A stretch of DNA of 63,019 bases, counting the filler, from Sandaracinaceae bacterium (GTDB lineage: Bacteria; Myxococcota_A; Polyangia; Polyangiales; JADJQN01): the NCBI GenBank assembly GCA_947483975.1. It is 14 parts of 14 records of this genome, joined end to end, with 100 filler letters (N's around TTAATTAATTAA, not from the genome) between each part and the next. Parts side by side here need not be neighbours in the genome. Positions count along the whole stretch, not along the records: positions 50,074 to 54,347 come from CANKOL010000423.1; positions 54,448 to 58,709 come from CANKOL010000424.1; positions 58,810 to 63,019 come from CANKOL010000425.1; 11 more parts are not named here. One strand, 5' to 3'. Every line of letters starts with the position of its first letter. The stretch's first letter is position 1. The notes beneath the pieces are model-generated. The model ran no database searches and had not been told where the DNA came from. It was given only the letters and a program-made list of their open reading frames with translations. This document shows, piece by piece, positions 53,140 to 63,019 of this stretch. Position numbers and translations under genes: made by a program.

Positions 53140-54153
53140 ATGTCGAACACGCCGCATGACGCGCTGATCAAGGCGATCCTCGGCAAGCCTGAGCACGCGG
53201 CGACGGCGCTGCGCGCCATCTTGCCGGCGGCGCTTTGCGAGGCGCTCGACTGGAGCGCGCTGCGCTCGGAGCCGACGGAGTACGTGCGCGTCGACGGCGG
53301 GACGCGGCGGTCGGACCTGCTGTTCTCTGTTCCGTTCCGCGCAGAGCCGCTGTGCGAGGCGCCGGAGCGCGAGGCGCCGGAGCGCGAGGCGGCAGCGCTC
53401 GAGGTGCCAGCGCCCGAGGCGCTGATCTACGTGCTGTTCGAGCACCAGAGCACGCCCGACCCGCTGATGGCGCTGCGGCTGTTCGTGTACGTGGCGCGCA
53501 TCTTCGAGCAGCGCGTGCTGCGGGCGGGCAGCGCCCGCGTGCCGCTGGTCGTGTCGGTCGTGCTCTCGCACACCGAGCGGCCGTGGACGGGCGCGCTCGC
53601 GCTAGATGAGCTGTACGACGCGCCGCGCGCGCTGCTCGACGCGCTGGGGCCGCTCGTGCCGCGGCTCAGCTATGCGCTCGAGGATCTGACGGCGATGAGC
53701 GACGCCGAGATGGAGGCGCGCATCGCCGACGCCGTCGTGCGGACGACGTGGACGGTGTTACGCGATGCGCGGAGCGCCAACGACTTGATGTCGTACGCGC
53801 TGCGGCTGCGGGACTTGCTCGAAGCGGTCTTCCGCAGCGACCGGTCCGCGCTCCAGGAGCTGTTCGACTATCTGGTAAGCGTCACGAACACCGACCTCGC
53901 AACCGCCCGCAGGGTCACTGCTATACTGCCGCCAGAGGCACGGGAGGACATCGTGAACGTGTATGACGAGCTCAAAGCCGAAGGACTAGCCGAGGGCAGC
54001 CGCCGGACCCTCGCCAAGCTTATCCGCCTCCGCTTCGGCGCGCTCAGCGACGGCGCGCGCGCCTGCCTCGACGCGGCCGACGAGGCCAGCCTCGACCTGT
54101 GGACGGAGCGCATCCTCTTCGCGGCGACGCTCGACGAGCTGTTCGCTGGCTGA
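53140..54153 (+). CDS. Rpn family recombination-promoting nuclease / putative transposase (PD-(D/E)XK)
   Basis: PHDALIKA, RRSDLLFSV, IYVLFEHQSTPDPLMALRLFVY; DUF4351-like C-terminus. Confidence 0.92.
   Translation: MSNTPHDALIKAILGKPEHAATALRAILPAALCEALDWSALRSEPTEYVRVDGGTRRSDLLFSVPFRAEPLCEAPEREAPEREAAALEVPAPEALIYVLFEHQSTPDPLMALRLFVYVARIFEQRVLRAGSARVPLVVSVVLSHTERPWTGALALDELYDAPRALLDALGPLVPRLSYALEDLTAMSDAEMEARIADAVVRTTWTVLRDARSANDLMSYALRLRDLLEAVFRSDRSALQELFDYLVSVTNTDLATARRVTAILPPEAREDIVNVYDELKAEGLAEGSRRTLAKLIRLRFGALSDGARACLDAADEASLDLWTERILFAATLDELFAG
53919..53948 (+). promoter_or_regulatory. Internal extended -10 and RBS (Rpn copy 2)
   Basis: TGcTATACT at 53919-53927, GGGAGGA, in-frame GTG at 53953. 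Confidence 0.7.
53953..54153 (+). CDS. Nested in-frame small Rpn protein (RpnS-like), 66 aa
   Basis: Internal promoter, RBS and GTG are conserved with copy 1. Confidence 0.6.
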   Translation: MNVYDELKAEGLAEGSRRTLAKLIRLRFGALSDGARACLDAADEASLDLWTERILFAATLDELFAG

Positions 54154-54215
54154 GAGCGTCGGCGCGCAACTCCCCGCCCGCTGCGCCGACAAGCCGCCCA
54201 TGCCGAGGGCGCTCG

Positions 54216-54347
54216 ATGTCGAACACGCCGCATGACGCGCTGATCAAGGCGATCCTCGGCAAGCCTGAGCACGCGGCGACGGCGCTGCGCGCCATCTTGC
54301 CAGCGGCGCTTTGCGAGGCGCTCGACTGGAGCGCGCTGCGCACGGAG
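54216..54347 (+). CDS. Rpn copy 3, N-terminus (truncated by contig end)
   Basis: Nearly identical to the start of copy 2 (MSNTPHDALIKAILGKPEH...). Confidence 0.9.
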
Positions 54348-54447
54348 NNNNNNNNNNNNNNNNNNNNNNNNNNNNNNNNNNNNNNNNNNNNTTAATTAAT
54401 TAANNNNNNNNNNNNNNNNNNNNNNNNNNNNNNNNNNNNNNNNNNNN

Positions 54448-54964
54448 GGCCGTCCGAAGCGCCGGGCGCGACGACGTCGACGCCGAGCAGCTCCGCCGCG
54501 TGCAGCGTCACGGTGCGCACGGGCGCCTCCACGTCCTCGCCGCGGCGCGCGCGCTTGTGCAGCGCCTCGCCGTCGCGCTTGATGGCGCTGACGATCGGCG
54601 CGACCTGCTGCGTCTCGCCGTAGAACGCGAGCAGCGCGCGCTCGACCTCGGCGCGCGTCAGCGGCGGCACCGGCGCCGTCGCGGTGACCTCGCCCTCGGC
54701 GTCGAGCGTGTGCGTCTCGCTGCCGAGGCGCACCGTCGCGTCGTAGCGCTTGTCGTCCGCCGTCAGGTACGCCGAGAGCTTCGCCGCCTCGCCGACGAGC
54801 ACGACGAGCACGCCCGTCGCCATCGGATCGAGCGTCCCCGCGTGACCGACGGCGCGCGTCCCGAGCGCGCGGCGCACCCGCGACACGACGTCGTGCGAGG
54901 TCGGCCCCGCGGGCTTGTCCACGATCAGCACGCCATGCGGCGCGAGCGACGCGTCCGCGCTCAC
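54448..54964 (-). CDS. truB: tRNA pseudouridine55 synthase (3' truncated)
   Basis: VDKPAGPTSHDVV, GHAGTLDPMATGVL, SAIKRDG. Confidence 0.93.
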
Positions 54965-55941
54965 GCGTCGAGCAGCCTGGCGGACTCGGCGACCACGCGC
55001 GCGCGCACCTCGTCGACGGTGCCCTCGACGGTCGCGCCCGCCGCCGAGCGATGCCCGCCGCCGCCGAGCGCGACGGCCACGCGGGAGACGTCGATGCTGC
55101 CCCGCGAGCGCAGGCTGACCTTCGTCATCGGCGCGCCGTCGGCGCCGACGCGCCACTCCCACACCAGCGCCGCGACCTCGACGCCGCGCAACATCCGGGC
55201 GTAGTTGACCAGCCCCTCGACCATGTCGTCGTCGGCGCCGGTGTGCGCCATCATCGCGCGCGTCACCGTGAGCGAGGCGATCCGCCCCGCGTGCCACGTC
55301 TCGAGCGACTCGAGCACGAAGCCGAGCAGCTTCATGCGCTCCGGCGCCCAGCCCTCGAAGACGTTGTACGCGACCGTCCAAGGGTCAGCGCCCGCCTCGA
55401 CGAGATCCGCGGCGAGCCGCATCGTCGTCGGCGTCGTGCCCTGGTAGCGGAAGCCGCCCGTGTCCGTGACGATCGCGGTGTAGAGCGGGACCGCCGCCTC
55501 GGTCGGCACGCGCTCGAGCCCGAGGTCCGCCATCAGGCGCAGCACGACCTCGCCCGTCGCGACGGCGTCGGGCTCACGCACGACGACATCCCCGAAGCCG
55601 TCATGCGCCGCGTGATGATCGATGACGACCCACGGCCCCGAGACCTCGGGCGGCGGCAGCACCGCCGGCAGGAGCGCGCGCGACGCGGTGTCCGTGACGA
55701 AGGTCGCGTCGAAGGTCTCGCCCTCCGGCACCGCGCGGACGACCTCCCCCGAGCGCGGGAGAAACCGCAGGTACTCGGGGAGCGGATCCGAGCTGAACAT
55801 CACGACCTCTTTGCCGAGCGCGCGCAGGATCGCCGCGAGTCCGAGCATCGAGCCGAGCGCATCCCCATCGGGGCGCAGATGACACGTGAGCAAGAAGCGC
55901 CGTCCGCCGTGGACGAGCTCCACTGCACGCGCGCGCGTCAC
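54961..55941 (-). CDS. DHH family oligoribonuclease/PAP phosphatase (NrnA-like)
   Basis: HLRPDGDALGS, IDHH, TDTGGFRY, SLRS, GGGGH. Confidence 0.9.
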   Translation of the reverse strand: MTRARAVELVHGGRRFLLTCHLRPDGDALGSMLGLAAILRALGKEVVMFSSDPLPEYLRFLPRSGEVVRAVPEGETFDATFVTDTASRALLPAVLPPPEVSGPWVVIDHHAAHDGFGDVVVREPDAVATGEVVLRLMADLGLERVPTEAAVPLYTAIVTDTGGFRYQGTTPTTMRLAADLVEAGADPWTVAYNVFEGWAPERMKLLGFVLESLETWHAGRIASLTVTRAMMAHTGADDDMVEGLVNYARMLRGVEVAALVWEWRVGADGAPMTKVSLRSRGSIDVSRVAVALGGGGHRSAAGATVEGTVDEVRARVVAESARLLDA

Positions 55942-56363
55942 GTCGCGGCCTTCTTCTTCTTGGCAGGCGCGGCGGTCCGCGGCGGCAGCGCGTCCGGGTC
56001 GTCGCGCCGGATCTCCTCGAGCAGCGTCTCGATCCGCAGCGCGTGATCGACGCCCGAGTCCCAGTGAAAGCGCAGCTCGGGCGTGTGCCGCATCGACAGC
56101 CGCGACGCGAGCTCCCGGCGCAGCAGGCCCTTCGCGCGCTCGAACGCGCGCACGACCCGCTTGCGCTGCGGCTCGTCGACCTCGCGGTTGTAGATGCGCA
56201 CGCGCACGTCGGCGACGCTGAGATCGGGCGACACGCTCACGCCGGAGACGGTCGCGCCCGCGACGCCCGGATCGTGGACCGCGCCGCGCAGCAGCAGCCC
56301 CTCGAGCTCTTCGCGGATGCGCTCGGCCACGCGCACGGGGCGCTTCTTTTCCTCATTCGCCAT
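55938..56363 (-). CDS. rbfA: Ribosome-binding factor A
   Basis: RVAERIREEL, VSPDLSVA, MRHTPELRFHWD; infB operon context. Confidence 0.9.
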   Translation of the reverse strand: MANEEKKRPVRVAERIREELEGLLLRGAVHDPGVAGATVSGVSVSPDLSVADVRVRIYNREVDEPQRKRVVRAFERAKGLLRRELASRLSMRHTPELRFHWDSGVDHALRIETLLEEIRRDDPDALPPRTAAPAKKKKAAT

Positions 56364-56745
56364 CGTCGTTCTCCGAGTCTTCGTCGTCGGCGTACGGCCC
56401 GCCAGCCGAGCCATCTTCCGCTGCATACGGATCGCCGGCGAGCCCGAGCGAGTCCGCCGAGTAGGTCGTCACCTCGACGCGGCGGTCGACGACCTGCGCC
56501 TCGGTCGCCCCGGCGACGAACGAGGTCAGCTTGTCGAGCATCGACATCGCGTGCCGCCGGTCGTTCGAGAGCACCACGAAGCCGATCACCGCGCGCCGAT
56601 GCGCGTCGAGGTCCTCGAGCTCCGCCGCCGCGACGTTGAAGCGCGCACGAGCGCGCTCGATGATCTTGCGGACCACCGAGCGCTTGCCCTTCAGCGAGTT
56701 ATTCCAAGGGAGCGCGAGCACGATCCGCAGGAGGCCGACGACCAT
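56353..56745 (-). CDS. DUF503 (YlxP) family protein
   Basis: MVVGLLRI..SLKGKRSVV..RFNVAAAE; lies between infB and rbfA. Confidence 0.88.
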   Translation of the reverse strand: MVVGLLRIVLALPWNNSLKGKRSVVRKIIERARARFNVAAAELEDLDAHRRAVIGFVVLSNDRRHAMSMLDKLTSFVAGATEAQVVDRRVEVTTYSADSLGLAGDPYAAEDGSAGGPYADDEDSENDDGE

Positions 56746-56781
56746 GTTCGCTGTCCGTTGCGCGAGCTACCCGGAGGCAGC

Positions 56782-58709
56782 TCAGAGCACGCCGGCGACA
56801 GCCTCGAGCTCGTAGGCGTCGAGGATGTCCTTCTCCTTGACGTCGTTGAAGCCGTCGAGGGTGACGCCACACTCGAAGCCGGCCGCGACGTCGCGCACAT
56901 CGTCCTTGAAGCGCCGCAGCGACGCGATCTTGCCGTCCCAGACCTGCACCGAGTCGCGCACGACGCGGACCTTCGCGCCGCGGACGAGCTTGCCGTCGAG
57001 CACGTAGGTGCCGGCGACCGTGCCCGCCTTCGGGATGGTGAAGACCTGCCGGATCTCGGCGCGACCGAGGTGCTTCTCGACGTAGGTCGGGGCGAGCATG
57101 CCGGTCATGCCCTTCTTCACCTCGTCCACGGCCTCGTAGATGATGTTGTAGAGGCGGACGTCGACGCCCTCGCTCTTCGCCGTCGCCGCAGCGGCGCCCG
57201 CGGGGCGCACGTTGAAGCCGATGATGATCGCGTTGGACGCGCTCGCGAGCATGACGTCGTTCTCGGTGATGCCGCCGACGCCCGTGTGGATGACGACGAC
57301 CTTCACCTTGTCGGTGCTGAGATCGGTGAGCGCCTTGATGACGGCCTCGACCGAGCCAGAGACGTCGCCCTTGATGACGAGGCGCATCTCCTGCACTTCG
57401 CCGGCCTGCATCTTCGCGTAGATCTGGTCGAGACCGATCTTCGCCTGCGAGCTCGGCGAGATGCTGCGTCCAGCCGCCTTCGTGCGGGCGCGGCCGTCAG
57501 CGATCTCTTGCGCCTTCTTCTGGTCGGTGACGACGTAGAAGGAGTCACCCGCGCCCGGCACCTCGGAGAGACCGAGCACCTCGACGGGGGTCGAAGGTCC
57601 GGCCGCCGTGCAGGGCTTGCCGCGGTCGTCGGTCATCGCGCGGACCTTGCCCCACGCGGCGCCCGCGATGACGATGTCACCCGTGTGCAGCGTGCCGTTG
57701 CGCACGAGGACGTTCGCGACGGGGCCGCGGCCCTTGTCGAGATACGCCTCGAGCACGAGGCCCTCGGCGGGGATCTTCGGGTTGGCGGTGAGTTCGAGCA
57801 CCTCGGCCTGGAGCGCGACGCTCGCGAGCAGCTGATCGATGCCGACGCCGGTCTTCGCCGAGACGTCGAGGAACATCGTGTCGCCGCCCCACTCCTCGGG
57901 CTGAAGGCCTTCGTTCGCGAGCTCGCGGCGGACGGCCTCGGGCCGCGCCTCGGGCTTGTCGACCTTGTTGACGGCGACGACGAGCGGCACCTGTCCGGCG
58001 CGCGCGTGGTTGATGGCTTCCTTCGTCTGCGGCATCACGCCGTCGTCGGCGGCGACGACGAGGATGACGACGTCGGCCGCGTGGCCGCCGCGGGCGCGCA
58101 TGGCCGTGAAGGCCTCGTGGCCCGGCGTGTCGAGGAAGACGACGATGCCCTTCGGGGTCTCGACGCGGTAAGCGCCGATGTGCTGCGTGATGCCGCCCGC
58201 CTCGCCCTTGACGACGTTGGCGTTGCGGATGCGGTCGAGCAGCGAGGTCTTGCCGTGGTCGACGTGACCCATGACGGTGACGACCGGCGGACGGAGCTTG
58301 CGGTCCTTCTCGCGGTCCTCGAACGTGCCGCGCGCCTCGACGATGACCTCATCCTCGCTCTTGGCGACGTTCTCGACCTCGTAGCCGAACTCGTGCGCGA
58401 GGATCTTCGCGGTGTCCGCGTCGAGCGTGCTGTTGATGTTCACGCCGGTCATGCCGAGGTGAATCAGCTTCATCAGGACGTCGGTCGCCTTCAGCGACAT
58501 ACGACCCGCGAGCATCTGCAAGCCGATCGACTCTTCGATGCGGATGACGCGCTTCTGCGCGCTCGGCACGGTGATCTCGGGCTTCGCGCCCTTCTTGCCG
58601 GGCGGGAGCTTCTTGCCCGGACGGCCGATGCCGCCCGCGCGCCCTGCTGGCGGCTGACGACCGGTCGGCCCGAGCGCGCCTCGCGTGATCTCGACGCGGC
58701 GCTGCGGCA
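56782..58709 (-). CDS. infB: Translation initiation factor IF-2 (5' truncated)
   Basis: [47 protein letters not shown]. Confidence 0.97.
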
Positions 58710-58809
58710 NNNNNNNNNNNNNNNNNNNNNNNNNNNNNNNNNNNNNNNNNNNNTTAATTAATTAANNNNNNNNNNNNNNNNNNNNNNNNNNNNNNNNNNN
58801 NNNNNNNNN

Positions 58810-59714
58810 CCGAGCCTGCGCCCGCCGCGCCGTCGCCGCAGCTCGTCGCCGCGCGGCTGCACATCGCGTCGGGCGAGGCGTTCCTGACCGCCGAGAACTA
58901 CGACGCCGCGCTCGTCGAGTTTCAGCGCGCGTACGACCTGCTCGAGGGCAACCCGATCCGCTTCATCGTGCTGTTCAACATCGGGCAGTGCCACGAGCGG
59001 ATGTTCCGCTACGACCTCGCGCTCGACTTCTATCGCCGCTACCTCACCGAAGGCGGCGATAACGCCGAGGACCGCGCGACCGTCGAGGCGACGATCCGAG
59101 CGCTCGACGGGCTGCTGACGACGCTCGTCATCACCTCGAACGTCCCGAACGCCGAGGTCTGGGTCGATCAGCGGCAGGTCGCGACGCTGAGCCCCGACGA
59201 CCGCGAGGTGCGCATCCCCGGCGGCGTGCACACGGTGGAGCTTCGCCTGCGCGGCTATGTGCCGGAGCAACAGCAAGTGCAGGTCGCGGCGCGCGCGACG
59301 ACGACCGTGTCGTTCACGCTCGCGCGGCTCAGCGACGAGTACAAGGGCATCCGGCCGTGGCTCTTCTGGACCTCCGGAGGCCTCGCGCTCGCGGCGGTGA
59401 TCGGCGGGGGCGTCGTCGGCGTGCTCGCGCTGACCGAGAGCCAGAGCCTGCGCGCCCGCCGCGACGACGTCACGAACCCCGACCGCTTCCTGATCACGGA
59501 CGCCGACAACCAGCGCGTGAGGTCCCTCGCGCTGACCGCGGACATCCTCTTCGGCGGCGCGGTCCTCTTCGGCGCGACGGCGTTCACGCTCGCGTTCCTC
59601 ACCGACTGGGGCGGCGCGCGCCCGGGCCCGACGATCACGACGGGCCCGCAGGTGCGGCTCACGCCCGCCTTCGGTCGCACCGCCGCGGGGCTCTCGCTCA
59701 GCGGCAGCTTCTGA
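58810..59714 (+). CDS. TPR plus PEGA domain membrane protein (5' truncated)
   Basis: LFNIGQCHE TPR; SNVPNAEVWVD..GVHTVELRLRGY PEGA; C-terminal hydrophobic hairpin. Confidence 0.8.
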
Positions 59715-59722
59715 CGAGCGCG

Positions 59723-60466
59723 CTACTGCCGGACGATGCGGTCGGGGTCCCCGAGGAACTCGAAGTGCATCGTGTCCATCAGCTGATCGTGCCCGAGCCA
59801 GTAGAAGCCGTACTTCTCGAACGAGTGCACCCAGCACTCGGGCATCGCCATCCGTTGGTAGGTGGTCAAGCCTTCTTGGTGGCAGAGCGGCGCGTCGTTC
59901 CACGGCGGCACGCAGCCGCAGCAGGTGTTCTTCATCGGGTCGATGTCCATCGCGATCCCGAAGACGTGGTTCGACACCTCGCCGCCGCGGTAGGTGTTGT
60001 GATCGCGGAGCCCCGACAGGCGCTCGGGCACGTACGGGGATCCGCCGCACGCGCGCACGATCTCGCGCTCAGCGCACTTGATCGCGGGGGCGATCTTCTG
60101 ATTCACGCGGGTGCGCAGCCCAAAGAAGCGCACGGTCGTCGCGAACACGCTCGGCGCGCTCGCGTTCCAGTCCGCGCGGCCAAAGGGCGCGAACCGCCCG
60201 TATTGCTCGGTGCGGTAGCGGATCGCGTGCTCGGCGTTGTCGTGCCGCTGCCGTAGCTGCTCGGGCGTGAAGCGCCCGCGCCCCGCGAAGTTGCCGCGGA
60301 CGAGGAAGTCCTGCGGTTGCTGCTCGTTGCACTCGACGACGGGCTCCGCCGCGTGCGCGCCGGCGTCTTGCGCGTGCACGACCAAGGTGACGGCGACGAG
60401 CGCGCTCGCGAGCACGAGCGCGAGGTTGGGGACGATGGAACCGAGCAGACGGAGGGGGCGCGACAC
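59723..60466 (-). CDS. M15 family metallopeptidase (D-Ala-D-Ala carboxypeptidase-like)
   Basis: SNHVFGIAMDID, FEKYGFYWLG and DTMHFE motifs. Confidence 0.85.
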   Translation of the reverse strand: MSRPLRLLGSIVPNLALVLASALVAVTLVVHAQDAGAHAAEPVVECNEQQPQDFLVRGNFAGRGRFTPEQLRQRHDNAEHAIRYRTEQYGRFAPFGRADWNASAPSVFATTVRFFGLRTRVNQKIAPAIKCAEREIVRACGGSPYVPERLSGLRDHNTYRGGEVSNHVFGIAMDIDPMKNTCCGCVPPWNDAPLCHQEGLTTYQRMAMPECWVHSFEKYGFYWLGHDQLMDTMHFEFLGDPDRIVRQ

Positions 60467-60533
60467 GGCCGCTATTTAGCACGCGCGGTCGCCCGCCGCG
60501 CGCGTCGGCGATTGGGCTAAGCTGCGCGCCGCC

Positions 60534-61862
<1,329 letters not shown>

Positions 61863-61887
61863 GCGCGCGCGGCGCTGCGTGCTGCGC

Positions 61888-62175
61888 TCAGGCGGGGCGC
61901 AGCGCAGCGTCGAGGCGCAGGCGTAGCTCGCGGCGCAGGTTCATCGCGCGGGCGCGGACCTGAAACAGCGCGTCCCCCTCGGCGCGGCGCGAGCCGATCG
62001 CCTTGAGCTCGAGGTCTGCGGGGCTGTCGGCGAGCGCGAGCGAGAGCTTGATCGGGGCGCCGGGCGCAAAGGCGCGCGGCGAGGTGAAGACGAGCACGGC
62101 GCCGTCCCAAGCGACGACGGCGCCGGACTCTCCCGTGCTCAGCGTCAGCATCACGGTCTCGGTCGGCTCGCTCAT
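61888..62175 (-). CDS. Small hypothetical protein (PilZ-like beta barrel)
   Basis: ATG overlaps the smpB stop; SPRAFAPGAPIKL..FQVRARAMNLRRELR. Confidence 0.5.
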   Translation of the reverse strand: MSEPTETVMLTLSTGESGAVVAWDGAVLVFTSPRAFAPGAPIKLSLALADSPADLELKAIGSRRAEGDALFQVRARAMNLRRELRLRLDAALRPA

Positions 62176-62657
62176 CGGCGCTTCGCTCCCAGCGCGGCGC
62201 GTGTCTCGCGGGCGGCGGCCTTCTTCTTCAGGTCCTCGCGGCGGTCTTCTTTGTGCTTCGGCCAGCCGAGGCCGAGCTCGATCTTCGCGCGCCCATCCTT
62301 GAAGTAGACGGCGAGCGGCACGAGGGTGCAGCCGCGGAGGGCGAGCTTGCTCGCGAGCTTCTCGATCTCTTGCTTGTGCGCGAGGAGCTTGCGCGTGCGG
62401 CGCGTCTCGTGACCGAAGATGCCCGCCTGCTCGTAGGGGGCGATGTGCAGCTTGTGCAGCAGCAGCTCGCCCTTCTCGACGCTCGCGTAGGCGCCGTCGA
62501 GGTCGGCGCGGCGCGCGCGCAGGCTCTTGACCTCGGAGCCCATCAACACGAGCCCCGCCTCGAGCTTGTCCTCGATGGTGAAGTCGAACGTCGCGCGCGC
62601 GTTGCGGCACACGATCACGAGGCCCGCGTCCCGCCCCTTGTTGGTCTTGCCAGCCAT
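62172..62657 (-). CDS. smpB: SsrA-binding protein
   Basis: NARATFDF..LEAGLVLMGSEVKSLR, HIAPY, RTRKLLAHKQEI, LVPLAVYFK. Confidence 0.95.
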   Translation of the reverse strand: MAGKTNKGRDAGLVIVCRNARATFDFTIEDKLEAGLVLMGSEVKSLRARRADLDGAYASVEKGELLLHKLHIAPYEQAGIFGHETRRTRKLLAHKQEIEKLASKLALRGCTLVPLAVYFKDGRAKIELGLGWPKHKEDRREDLKKKAAARETRAALGAKRR

Positions 62658-62723
62658 CGTCGCTCGCCGGCGCCTTACCACCGGCCTGCGCGGATGTCAC
62701 GCGAGGCGGCGCTTCGTCGGCGC

Positions 62724-63019
62724 TCACTCCCCCGCGAACGCTGCGTGCGCGGCGTCGATCAGCGCTTGCTGCGCCGCGCCGAGGGAGAGCCCCGCGATGC
62801 TCGCATCGTACGCGCCGCGCTGCGCCGACGCGCTCTCGCCCGCGAGCCGCGCGATCAGCGCGAGCTCGACGCCGATCGTATGAGCTCCAACGAAGTCGCG
62901 CTCGCTGAGCGCGTGCGCGAGCAGCTCCGCGCGCGCGCGGCGCTCGCTCTGCCAGTAGCTCGCGGGCGGCGCGACGTAGACGAAGCCCGTCTCTCCGGGC
63001 GCGAGCGGGACGCGCACCG
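62724..63019 (-). CDS. Hypothetical protein C-terminus (truncated by the window end)
   Basis: Open frame running to the window edge. Confidence 0.4.
   Translation of the reverse strand, partial: VRVPLAPGETGFVYVAPPASYWQSERRARAELLAHALSERDFVGAHTIGVELALIARLAGESASAQRGAYDASIAGLSLGAAQQALIDAAHAAFAGE

Noticed and set aside
52624..54347. Rpn array as an IS element or a diversity-generating retroelement
   Set aside because: No terminal inverted repeats or target duplications are evident, no reverse transcriptase is in view, and differences between copies are not adenine-specific.

Overview
This window is not one locus. It holds 14 short contigs (about 4.2-4.5 kb each, in descending length order) joined by artificial 100-bp linkers (N44-TTAATTAATTAA-N44), so adjacency is meaningful only within a contig. 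Very high GC, Cys-rich/MopE-type repeat proteins, PEGA-TPR proteins, a large metzincin and PrkA point to a Myxococcota (Polyangiales-like) draft genome; this is an inference. Most content is housekeeping: rpiA, priA, pdhAB, copA, prkA, rph-rdgB-tRNA-Pro-tRNA-Arg, tRNA-Met, nrdR-ribD, gmd/fcl, infB-DUF503-rbfA-DHH-truB, thrC and smpB. Four things stand out. (1) A cobalamin-dependent radical SAM enzyme is fused in one ORF to an internal lipoprotein-signal-like segment, ten D-P-[V/L/P]-P motifs and a small beta-rich domain; this is a candidate self-modifying enzyme-substrate fusion. (2) A tandem array of Rpn (PD-(D/E)XK) genes carries an internal extended -10, RBS and GTG in both copies where the 3' end is visible; one copy has lost its nuclease part but keeps the nested small C-terminal gene intact. 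(3) A 1006-aa protein looks like a duplicated multi-beta-barrel outer-membrane protein. (4) A small defence/toxin-antitoxin island has decayed toxins and intact putative antitoxins. All calls come from motif recognition by eye; no database searches were run.
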